This document shows positions 43,701-50,385 of a DNA stretch of 64,000 nucleotides, piece after piece. Made by a program: the position numbers and the translations under genes. Within the stretch, counting starts at the first letter, position 1. Every line of letters starts with the position of its first letter. The notes under the pieces are model-generated. The model did not search any database and was not told where the DNA came from. It saw nothing but the letters and a program-made list of their open reading frames with translations. Origin of the DNA: Giardia intestinalis (lineage: Eukaryota); NCBI GenBank assembly GCA_000002435.2, contig CM018789.1; one strand, given 5' to 3'.

Positions 43701-44603
43701 AAAACGGCTTCACGAGTGGTTTGTATAAGGGAGTTAGAAATAGCGGCAGTAAGAATCAGCGCGACAATATCCATTACTAATTTTCCACTCCAGCTCAGTC
43801 CTGTAATATCCATTCTCAACCAAGTCGGAATAATATCGTTCAGCATAGAAGATGCGCGAATACGCATGGGCGCATTCAGACTGAAAAATCGTCTATTAAC
43901 ATTCCAAGAGCTGACGCGACATCTTTGTAGAAGCTACATTAAGGCCATTAGCATGAACGCAGGAAATCTTCTTGTCGCGACTCCAATACTGGGGAACTTA
44001 AGCTCCCTTGCAACTCATTTCACTGAAAGCTTTGGCGCCCCTAAGAACGAGGGAGTCACTCGTATTGAAAACTTTGTTAGTCACAACACGGCAGGCGTAA
44101 TGAGTGTGGCCCGTGCTCTCCTTGAAAGCACGGGAAAGCTGCTCGATGCAGCGAGCATGGATGGCAAGTACTCTGCTCAACGGGCCATCGTATTATATGA
44201 ATCCCAAAAGAGTCTCAAAACGGCCTGGAAGAATGCAGGAAATGAGTTCTGGCGAGAATTAAAGAGTGCCCTTGCTGGACTGATCTCCAAACCACGCAAG
44301 GGTCTTGCTGCCAAGGGTGTAAAGGGCTTTTTCCGCGGTCTGGGTCAAGGGCTCGTTGGATCCATCACCAAATCTCTTGGAAGCATCAATGATGCTATTC
44401 TGCATGTTATTGTAGGGATAAATGGCAGCGCCTTACGCATCTGTAGGCCCGTGATGGATCAGGGTCGCTCTCGCACATTTATTGGTCCACTAGTAGAGCA
44501 GGAGATTAGAAATCAGAAGATGTCGGAGGAATCGGCAGTTTCCAGAGAATCTACAGAGTCCGATTCTGGCGACCAAGAGCCTATAAATACATACACAGAG
44601 TAG
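34779..44603 (+). CDS. VPS13-like bridge-like lipid-transfer protein (3274 aa)
   Basis: The N-terminal Chorein_N motif MFNEILTRILTKYINKYVYELNSASMRSSLLRGIVELSNLFIRPEALDMLQGVRLAFGYVEHMSLRIPW matches yeast/human VPS13 (MFE..VA.LLNRFLGDYVENL...[24 protein letters not shown]...LPVKV..G.IG.L.LKIPW). The size also fits VPS13. Confidence 0.75.
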   Translation: MFNEILTRILTKYINKYVYELNSASMRSSLLRGIVELSNLFIRPEALDMLQGVRLAFGYVEHMSLRIPWQSFWKENISIKVSTVYVVVYGCSPDLTEDAIRQQVLSNFKNKLKSLIRMEQRILEQNKEQIMLEVGTTAKTGSQKTGKMKRWILWLQNLAINNISLAINNVAILWSAPELGGVSGALCLQSMLIATADNSVIDKSGLKEKDCILKDLAFRYYLVSADEHPDHNYNSLAECERGLSFWRPLFEGPAYITVVDPLQVTTRIQLCRNFAHENKPFVTIQLQIPNLCGCTDLQTILSLIESLNKSMAAGEFAFALTSNEITHLGKNSSPDDAIRCLGKVLIRSQAISKIEALVSTESGGRLSSLKDQLHRTFKKHYLSHLRCKYIMPLLPKYGDAPAVSTFNDEYLNAVQDVIGYAGHSAQTLAELTASIPTPVIAKLQQECFSAFLHNLPENIEQSKREALTKESETNEDSTPTRLSKKDLAELQKLAGVPSKLDISDMGNSSDSGEERLELVKIVAYLKGVDISVCEKIADCSIGSTSAKLLRLSLQTISCAFSLFKSTDFTFLCELSRIRGECAAVKEPVLTTLSESSAFSIEICSPGRLGGSMCIKSLLVPIQVMCVPSLLPFVVNLMTVLQNTFSNNVKVPIQKASSLDLVTLYNEIDKGITTFLQERAATLELDLELGAPVVTISAPTITSLSCSLGQVSIKSLHFLSEIDHPKLTPKPQTLVLFVKLSDTAISMKSNTKDGSIDGGTIETHVEEETIVRPCSVSIYLQIPLVTGPMIADVSQSLFDIVLTTASIQSLMLLCSRYAYELLHIPIHRQNAMNAVAPSLHQDHQGTSVQQKPDTEDRLEQTMLLLRKNTATVIITVTLEGAKLAIGDAKEVEAYVGQGYLEVYVMTAQNKTSYAKFKMSMLDFFVCGTPVAYLTSETEDYEDDKIASGSWSIDKGITLKLAIGMLHIIADVILFIRLTSVLEKLLQSYTDAGLALLWSQISHKFSSSQAPSRPSLQERNESTIALLVDFAGLEIHLLSTPYLLPISSDLELALDLNMDTALICTARLKSVYFNIVLDSTDVFINWSFHECVIEGSESEPARVTMLQFITPVTSEVCAIGCVHLYSCVSYDPNLLLHAQITSDILITINGRLVQYLLHSGGLLVDCLLRIKELLGGDLKVQSAGNTTAKSPSRISCNIFSPSFEISIPVQADYPSPQFSLHLINFEMSTDQAPGSPTISLYGCLEQLLFEFVDTIEGHGCAHRTICAYDRLEILIERTHRVYRQERRDISDSPQECILLAHQLIAIGLPEVICVCLTPQMLHAAMELIGADRNLGFSIVDDADESKLRSIKQTIDARVEDGQAQDGISGSVDTIRSINRLLAHDFKGFLGQDIMSTRAQLKLDDSFIDMIEQEYINASSTVDEEHAQLDHLNQFCPPVVNTFKMSLCTLHVKLLDRTGTLIDCKLNKSNITLERTADLQASGFIESLTLKATESLFPLFSITQVTFQYKHDSIHRQATLLLAQKANLTVVVDHIAISMVFSLLELVHTPSAAYILARQAKQELVSSINEKVSVLQERTTSQMNKRNVSHALLSALHVSQTKKTVTTDKPTMEIRLSLLTVKFVIIVSVNGPKEGSKLESLEHVALHADISIVTSTSFRQKYIISEAECRVQDFFKHTELCVALNLDKCRITSCLAGWETGAESMQLNNIILVPKLSCTFTAVSTDMQGSYTEDNRQKDIVLNKQSSSMDVTIEKQAEITISSRLLCVYLLAKERLLGAIPNKIIKETKQIAKEKLEKIKSKSIEFLKGASDFQAEKVGNALVDAFPTAVLNATPIMVSGFHFPVYTISSKTKVELSFKNHPLLVSLTSSQNMWPLFIVGCNDIRCIYENVPEADPNVPHQTLALTALLYAKSYNEALKSYDALLCSTPIALSYKLQSRSLASTVAANEAPVDTLSMHSTYKTISAEISISFSVQSELLVLLTPTALLAMMHFIGTFSMPASKSLKANNAQKNTNLILERQFGEDETTDQSLISSISAASPQSAESEGQQVIEFYPSGIVQVVKVYSGSSECSAHSALGGALVFYVSLSKVEDASMWVELLSEGVIKTIQLPLCILLFHEQYNIDESWGFVFINQSSRVEVHCLSTCILLNYTTRDYSFIAEAPMSSSIRSTDQLNSSTETMSTMLSSMPSTHSTTVCTSVECNGHDRPQLSGTLGKSSYVSVPTTVVSLQISYKNNSPLELLYYLHHPATNPLETFITEKGYEYLKFVVFTVHLFGRPTQVIQLVPTHFITNGMPCIANLKLSYMRARDSNSEPETGEQTAALAPVEIFTLNTSLKDKIQLASLSVELQYGVESYKYILKSTYSLTYNEDSMPAQPVALDLVPARQDSTEVYHCNVSIKKQTMKKTTRVDISLLKGLYAPSAVEINIYATALLQNNTAPELSFCIFRLDSKYDKRTQITSLVKYEEASIIWGKYSDSIKLSVSVLPIMQSGSPIQYHKSDSFRLSTVAGYRLHRMHTKTERKKVTLFVCSISKQLKGSPSMIYTLQAAMKVNNWMPRPINVLITPWDHKDKTAQKVVCANSNASVSVFELPGIKERLVDYAIRFPEDQKDLLKRLKIGYSKELLHIDSSLAVVEVHCTEYKLDITVRPPTTIDDVQLKVYNSLNLDLYCSYKHSSQRTKYTVASKSTATLYFLLSDLDFYHQKSNGVFSQIFCIKMAPLSTDVEFYDPRSKKKCHAKLLIGEGAIHCKIFSDNETLPEPAIGHYDVNQRVLINANLETKKIRVLLVGPDDSDFSRRREYVSLSTAFVDIVCLVSAQYYLVSAQVGQVSLENILGLTNQPRILHLKPVKPTKGPYQKRSAQKLSLIKNPETPAIMAMASLSTNLSILDVDRFKIKMGKLNIHIDQSTIDVILRFLRINALLSISFQIESTECQSLQAEIHYLLSHMSREDSRYYALLRKLCNSVFNATTQAEACENSKTASRVVCIRELEIAAVRISATISITNFPLQLSPVISILNQVGIISFSIEDARIRMGAFRLKNRLLTFQELTRHLCRSYIKAISMNAGNLLVATPILGNLSSLATHFTESFGAPKNEGVTRIENFVSHNTAGVMSVARALLESTGKLLDAASMDGKYSAQRAIVLYESQKSLKTAWKNAGNEFWRELKSALAGLISKPRKGLAAKGVKGFFRGLGQGLVGSITKSLGSINDAILHVIVGINGSALRICRPVMDQGRSRTFIGPLVEQEIRNQKMSEESAVSRESTESDSGDQEPINTYTE

Positions 44604-44627
44604 TTTGAGTTACAGTCTTTATAAAAA

Positions 44628-45422
44628 ATGGTTGAAGGTTATCCTGTGTTCCTAACCGATACCTGTACAGGGTGCAACATGTGCGTAGAGGTGTGCCCGA
44701 CAGCAGTTCTGAAGGTGGACCCCGAGACAAAGGTAGTGGCGTACGCAAATCGCGATAATTGCATTTTTTGCGGGCATTGCGGGGCCATATGCCCAACCGA
44801 ATCGATAAGCATGTTTGGTATCACCCCAGAGAGCGAGGAGAATGCAATAAAGACAGATCCACCGGCAGTTCGTGCCGTCAAGATGGCTCGCACGTGTCGT
44901 AAGTACCACCCGGAACCTTTACCGAAGGAGGATCTGATGCAAGCGCTTTCCATAGCAAAATACTCGGCCTCTTCATCAAACATTCGTCCTTTGCACTTCA
45001 CGGTCCTGAGCAGAAGCCTAATGGACACCCTTAGCCTTTCGATAGCGAAGGAGGTTTCAAAGAATCCTAGATATTCCAAGGTTGCCGCATTGGTGGAAAA
45101 GGGTATTGATGTGGTTTTTCGTGGTGCCCCACATATGATACTGATGTCTGCACCTGCTGACAAGGCCGCAGTCGCAATGGCAGATGCGTCCATCGCTGGA
45201 CGGGACATTCAGCTTAACGCAGAATCTATGGGCCTGGGGATGTTTTGGTGTGGCTTCCTCTTAGCTGCTGTGGCTTCTTCTCAGGAACTGCATGACATTT
45301 GTGGTGTTCCAGAAGGCCACAAAATCCTTATGGCGATGGGGATTGGCCGCCCTAAGGTTAAGTTTGCCCGGCCAGCTCTTCGTCGAAACCTTGAGGAGGG
45401 TGTCGACATTACATTTAAGTAA
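44628..45422 (+). CDS. Ferredoxin-domain nitroreductase (Fd-NR, GlNR1/GlNR2-type)
   Basis: The N-terminus carries two 4Fe-4S clusters (CTGCNMCVEVCP and CIFCGHCGAICP) fused to a nitroreductase-fold domain. This architecture is characteristic of the Giardia nitroreductases acquired from bacteria. Confidence 0.8.
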   Translation: MVEGYPVFLTDTCTGCNMCVEVCPTAVLKVDPETKVVAYANRDNCIFCGHCGAICPTESISMFGITPESEENAIKTDPPAVRAVKMARTCRKYHPEPLPKEDLMQALSIAKYSASSSNIRPLHFTVLSRSLMDTLSLSIAKEVSKNPRYSKVAALVEKGIDVVFRGAPHMILMSAPADKAAVAMADASIAGRDIQLNAESMGLGMFWCGFLLAAVASSQELHDICGVPEGHKILMAMGIGRPKVKFARPALRRNLEEGVDITFK

Positions 45423-45432
45423 TTGGTGTTAA

Positions 45433-46140
45433 TTGGTCAGGTACACAGGCAGAGTAAACAAAGAAAAGCTAAAAATGCTTGCATTCAACGAAGTCAGTTA
45501 TCTGGAAAAGACGGAGGATATACGCGCTAACTCGTTTAGCTATCATAACAGGATGTCCAGGCACTCTAGAGATTCGGAGAGCCCCCTACCAATTATCCAG
45601 GAGCCTCCGCTCCCCAAGTGCTCGACGTCTGTTCTTCGCCGGATCACGCCTCCTATTACAGGAAACAGCTCGGGCTATGGATATCAAGCTGAAGATCAAC
45701 ACGGCGTTAGCTTTCTTTCGGTAGGGAGTAGAAACTTTTTAACAGAAGGCAAGCTACCACAGGACATTACAGATCTGTACAACTGCTATCGCCCCATTAT
45801 CATGCACACGTACATGACTGGAAGAGCATACGTCCCCTGTGAGCGTGTGCACAGCCCTTTAGTATCCTTACAAGACAGAGCAGGAGCACAGATGTTTCCG
45901 GAGAGGCACTTTTCAGGAACAGGAAATGCAGCAACACATTGGTATTCAAAGGAATGCGCAAAAACGGCAAAGCACGTATTGCGGCTTATGAACTTCGCAC
46001 GAATAGAAGAGCCTGAAAATTTGATCTGCCCTCAAAAATTAGGTGGGCTACAGTGTGCACTAAAGGCAGACAAAAGTAAGTTGGAGCATAGGCATAAATA
46101 TGTACGTCCCCGCACCAGTGCGAAAACGCCAGCTGACTAG
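45433..46140 (+). CDS. Hypothetical protein (235 aa)
   Basis: I recognised no motif. Its 3' end overlaps the next ORF by 41 bp in a different frame. Confidence 0.4.
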   Translation: MVRYTGRVNKEKLKMLAFNEVSYLEKTEDIRANSFSYHNRMSRHSRDSESPLPIIQEPPLPKCSTSVLRRITPPITGNSSGYGYQAEDQHGVSFLSVGSRNFLTEGKLPQDITDLYNCYRPIIMHTYMTGRAYVPCERVHSPLVSLQDRAGAQMFPERHFSGTGNAATHWYSKECAKTAKHVLRLMNFARIEEPENLICPQKLGGLQCALKADKSKLEHRHKYVRPRTSAKTPAD

Positions 46141-46969
46141 GCTAGAGGCGTGTATCGCTAAGCATACCCTCGCAGACGCCGATCTAACTCATCAGCATAT
46201 GCAGATCCGCTGTATACCAATAGACGTCAAGGACCACGAATCTCTTAACAGGAAGCTGTATGATGAGTTGCGATTCCTTTTCACGGGGACCGCATGCCCA
46301 GAAATTCGTGAGATCTACACACGGTACTTCACCAGAAATGACATTAGCATTGAAAACCGCCGAGAGCGTGCTTGGAAGCACTTTCTAGCGTCTAGACGGG
46401 CTCACAACCTGCCTCAGATTGCATTAGAGGTCAATGGCGCATTTTATATTTTAGAGGACGACCCACGGGGAAGGATTGCCCGTCTCCCTGCGTCCCTGCA
46501 GGGAAAGGCGCAAGGATTGTTAAATAAAAATAGATCACACCCAGAATCTAGTCTCAAGTCTGCCAAGTATAAGAAGTACATGGTAGGACTTGATGAGCCT
46601 AAATATCAGATACGCAGCCTATCTGAGTCAGCTGCCCGGAGGTTCGGAGCGTCAGCTGCCACCTCATCTATCGTCCTTCCTGTTGCAGAGTGGCGCAAGC
46701 TCACAGAGGAGAGAATTGAAACACACCACGATCATTGTGCAGCTACTTCCTCTATCTTCGCAGATTCTGACCTTCCGTACGATTGTGCTTCCAGCTTAGG
46801 GCCAACTTTCAACGTTTTGGAACGCTATCGGTCAATAGATAACTTTGATCGAGATCTCGCCAAAGAGACTCAGAGAGACGAGAAAACCAAGGAGCCAACT
46901 GAGTGGTACGAGATCTATAAGAGTGATATTCTCACTGTTATAAAGAATATCTATCGCAAAAACATGTAG
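46100..46969 (+). CDS. Hypothetical protein (289 aa)
   Basis: It overlaps the previous ORF at its start. It could be a separate gene or the 3' part of a frameshifted single gene. Confidence 0.4.
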   Translation: MYVPAPVRKRQLTRLEACIAKHTLADADLTHQHMQIRCIPIDVKDHESLNRKLYDELRFLFTGTACPEIREIYTRYFTRNDISIENRRERAWKHFLASRRAHNLPQIALEVNGAFYILEDDPRGRIARLPASLQGKAQGLLNKNRSHPESSLKSAKYKKYMVGLDEPKYQIRSLSESAARRFGASAATSSIVLPVAEWRKLTEERIETHHDHCAATSSIFADSDLPYDCASSLGPTFNVLERYRSIDNFDRDLAKETQRDEKTKEPTEWYEIYKSDILTVIKNIYRKNM

Positions 46970-46979
46970 CTTTCAAAAA

Positions 46980-49265
46980 ATGACGCTATCGGCCTGGATT
47001 ATACTAGTGACTCTTGCCATGGCATCTGTCCTAACGCCAGAGGACAATGTCCGTCTGCGCCGACTTACTGCGTATGTAGCGAACGCAGACGCCTCCATAG
47101 TCCTTTTAACCTATACAGAGTACGAGGAAGGCACAAACCACGGAAATAGTATGCTCTGGAGAATCAATGACCCGCTTGAGGCTGAATACCCATTTGACCC
47201 GGATGACATATCCCTTTTGAATGCAGAGAGGGTATGTCCCGAGCTTGTAGGAGTTGGGGATCTTCAGTACTCAACGCATAACCAGGCTTTTTACTTTACA
47301 GCCCAGGGGCCAGATGGCACGAGCCAAGTTTACTCGTATAACCACAAGCTGGAGACGTGCACGCAGATATCTTTCCTGCCTATTAGCGTTTCCAACTTGA
47401 AGGTCTCACCCAAAGGCAATTCCGTCTTGTTTTCCGCAGAGATATTTGTTTATCCCAATAACCACGCTTCTGTAGATGATCCCTTAAATTTTGCACACGA
47501 CGAATTTGCACGTATTCAGGCCAGACCCTACAAAGCATTTGCTTACGAGCAATTGTACACACGCCACTGGGATGAGGACATCCTTCCATCGCAGTACCGC
47601 CACCTTTTTGCAGCACGGTTAGAGCGGTCATCTGAGTATGACGACGACTATGTGCGTATCACCGTGGACAACTCAATCGATTTGATGCCTAGATTTGATG
47701 GAGATTGTCCCATGAGGCCGTTTGCAGACGCTTCTTCATACACCTTTGATTCTCATGGCCGGTATGTTGCGTTTGTGACACAAGTGGGGTCAACAGCTGC
47801 CTTTTACACCAATGATTCGATTTGGATCACCGACCTTCAGCAGTTTCTGGACGCTAAGAAACCAGTTCGTGACGTTGTATTGCCTCTTAGATGTGCTACC
47901 TGCTGGAATAAAGCACGAGACCAGCGACCGGCTTTCAGCTATGACGGTATTTTCCTCTACTATGCGTCCATGGACGAAGAGCAAAGTGAGTCTGATCTCT
48001 TACGTCTTCGGAAGCAGAATGTCTCTGATCTCTTTGAGTACGACTGCGATTCACTGTTTTGTGGTCCGGTGACTGGAGAAGGCGTTTTTAATCTGACTGC
48101 CGGCGTTTTTGATAGGTCCATTGGCCAGTTTATTATCCCTACAGACTCCACTGAAGACTCTATCTATATCCTTGCGGAGGATCACGCACGTACCAATCTG
48201 TTTCGATACAACGAAGAATCCTCGACCGTGACTCGTCTGACATACAATGGGACACTCGGGTCTCTGTTATATTTACGGCACAACAAGATTTTCCTTGCTA
48301 CAATGTCTTCGTACACACGCCCAACAGATCTAGTAATGCTGGATCTTACAGTCGCCACTGAATTTACTGCCACGCGGGATCCATCGGATACTATGAAGGA
48401 TGATCTGATTAAGATTAGCTATCTGACTGACTTGAATAGGCAGCGTTTGAGGCACATAGATGAATTACAAGAGCCAGAGGAATTCTATCTCCCCAGCAAG
48501 AGCTTTCCTGACCAGTACGTTCATTCGTGGTACTTTGCTCCAGCGAACCTGAGAGACAGTCACGAGTATCCTCTTATCCTCTATGTGCATGGTGGGCCAG
48601 AATCCCCGTGGGCCAACTCTTGGTCGTACAGGTGGAATCCGCAGCTAATTGCAGCGAGAGGATATGGTGTACTAGCAACAAACTTCCACGGATCCAGTAG
48701 CTTTGGCGAGGTGTTTCAAAAGTCTGTCCGTGGGAATTGGTACAGCTACCCACTGGAGGACATAATGGACGCTTGGTCTAACATTTATACGCATGCGGAT
48801 AAGGCATATCTTAGTAGAGAGAAGGTCTGTGCCATGGGTGCAAGTTTTGGAGCCACGTTCATGAACTACATGAATTCGCACGTCAACAATGTCACTTGTT
48901 ATGTAACTCACGATGGAGTCTTCGACACCATGTGCAATGCGTTGGAGACAGATGAGCTCTTCTTCCCAGTCAGAGAGTTGGGCGGATTTCTCTTGGATGA
49001 GCAGGTGGACAATCAGCAACTCTATGAGAAATGGAATCCAGCGCGATTTGTCGAAAACATGTCCGCGCCAATGCTTGTGATCCATGGGCAAAAGGATTAT
49101 AGAATTCAGGTTTATCACGGGATATCCCTTTTCCAGGCTCTTCGACTCCGAGGAATAAAGACAAAGCTTGTTTACTTTCCCACGCAATCCCACTGGGTAT
49201 GGCAGCCACAAGAGAGCCTTTTCTGGCATACGCAGGTGTTTGACTGGCTAGATACTTACCTTTAG
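46980..49265 (+). CDS. Secreted S9-family serine peptidase (prolyl oligopeptidase / dipeptidyl-peptidase / acylaminoacyl-peptidase-like)
   Basis: There is an N-terminal signal peptide (MTLSAWIILVTLAMASVLT) and a long beta-propeller-like N-terminal region. The C-terminal alpha/beta-hydrolase carries the nucleophile elbow AMGASFGATF (GxSxG), a catalytic Asp in VIHGQKDYRI and a His in PTQSHWVW. Confidence 0.7.
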   Translation: MTLSAWIILVTLAMASVLTPEDNVRLRRLTAYVANADASIVLLTYTEYEEGTNHGNSMLWRINDPLEAEYPFDPDDISLLNAERVCPELVGVGDLQYSTHNQAFYFTAQGPDGTSQVYSYNHKLETCTQISFLPISVSNLKVSPKGNSVLFSAEIFVYPNNHASVDDPLNFAHDEFARIQARPYKAFAYEQLYTRHWDEDILPSQYRHLFAARLERSSEYDDDYVRITVDNSIDLMPRFDGDCPMRPFADASSYTFDSHGRYVAFVTQVGSTAAFYTNDSIWITDLQQFLDAKKPVRDVVLPLRCATCWNKARDQRPAFSYDGIFLYYASMDEEQSESDLLRLRKQNVSDLFEYDCDSLFCGPVTGEGVFNLTAGVFDRSIGQFIIPTDSTEDSIYILAEDHARTNLFRYNEESSTVTRLTYNGTLGSLLYLRHNKIFLATMSSYTRPTDLVMLDLTVATEFTATRDPSDTMKDDLIKISYLTDLNRQRLRHIDELQEPEEFYLPSKSFPDQYVHSWYFAPANLRDSHEYPLILYVHGGPESPWANSWSYRWNPQLIAARGYGVLATNFHGSSSFGEVFQKSVRGNWYSYPLEDIMDAWSNIYTHADKAYLSREKVCAMGASFGATFMNYMNSHVNNVTCYVTHDGVFDTMCNALETDELFFPVRELGGFLLDEQVDNQQLYEKWNPARFVENMSAPMLVIHGQKDYRIQVYHGISLFQALRLRGIKTKLVYFPTQSHWVWQPQESLFWHTQVFDWLDTYL

Positions 49266-49290
49266 TCTCTTCTCATAAGTAAATGATCGC

Positions 49291-50385
49291 TTACTCGTAT
49301 AAGTGCACAGCGTGGACATTGGTGATAAATTCCTCCAAGTGCCTTCCTGTCTGCATCACAGTTTCAAGAGAAACGTCAGATGTGTTAATTGAAGGTGCCA
49401 CTGTTTCTTTTGCAAGAGAAGATACCTTTAATGTCAATCTGGCGCGATATCCGTCGAATAGTGGAGAGCCATCGGCACACTTCAGCAGCGTACACCAAGC
49501 CTGGAGCTGATGAAAGACAGGCAGATACAGATGATGGCAAGGATGTATCCGTTTAAGATCAAGAGCATTGAGGGAATGGACGTATTCATAGAAATGTGCA
49601 AGAGTGTCAGCCCACTGTGAAGAATGCTGTGCAACGGTGAGCATATGAGGGGTGATTGAAAATTCGCAAAGAAAGGACTTCCGTATCGTAAGAAGCCGAC
49701 TTGTGGTAAGGGACTGCTGCGGTAATAATGAAAGTAGCCACACGTCATACTCTTTCCCCATGCGCATAGCTCGGAGGTGCCGGCCTTTTTTCGGCCGTAG
49801 TGAGAGCATGAAAGATTGGTCTTTATTTTCTAACATACTGCTAGAGTCGTCCGAGGATTCCTCCTTCGATTCTGATAAAGCAGGGGCCACCGAAGTTTCC
49901 GATCCAGTAAGCTGTGGGGGTGCCGGCAAGGGATAGTTGGCAGTCACATGCTGGTTGGCGGAATCTGTCCCTGGAGGCGTCAGCCCCGCCTGCAGAGAAA
50001 CGGGGGTGGCGCATATAACTTTTAGAAGAGGCTCCTGATAACAGAGGTCCTCTTCCTTTTCAACTGTGTTCTCCATAGTAAAGTTTTTGGGCTCCGTTGT
50101 TAGGCACATAAGAGCATTCATAATTGCATAGAGAGGAAGACTCCCCACACACTCTCGCAAGCTCTTTTTCAGATCAATTTCGCAGGCAGCATGCGGCATA
50201 GCCTCACAGCCGTAAGGAATCGCAGATAAAGACCGAGATTGCTTCTTCATAATTTTTTCCGCCAAAGGAAGCAAGAACACATATTTATTCACTAGTTGGC
50301 GCTGTAGCCTAAGTAACGACTTATATGAAGAATGGTCTGTACTGAAGACCAAATATAGCACACGACTCAAATAAGTCATCCCCAT
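49291..50385 (-). CDS. Hypothetical protein (at most 364 aa; true start probably an internal Met)
   Basis: I recognised no motif. The 5' 65 bp overlap the Argonaute 3' end, so the start is probably the downstream Met near 50250. Confidence 0.4.
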
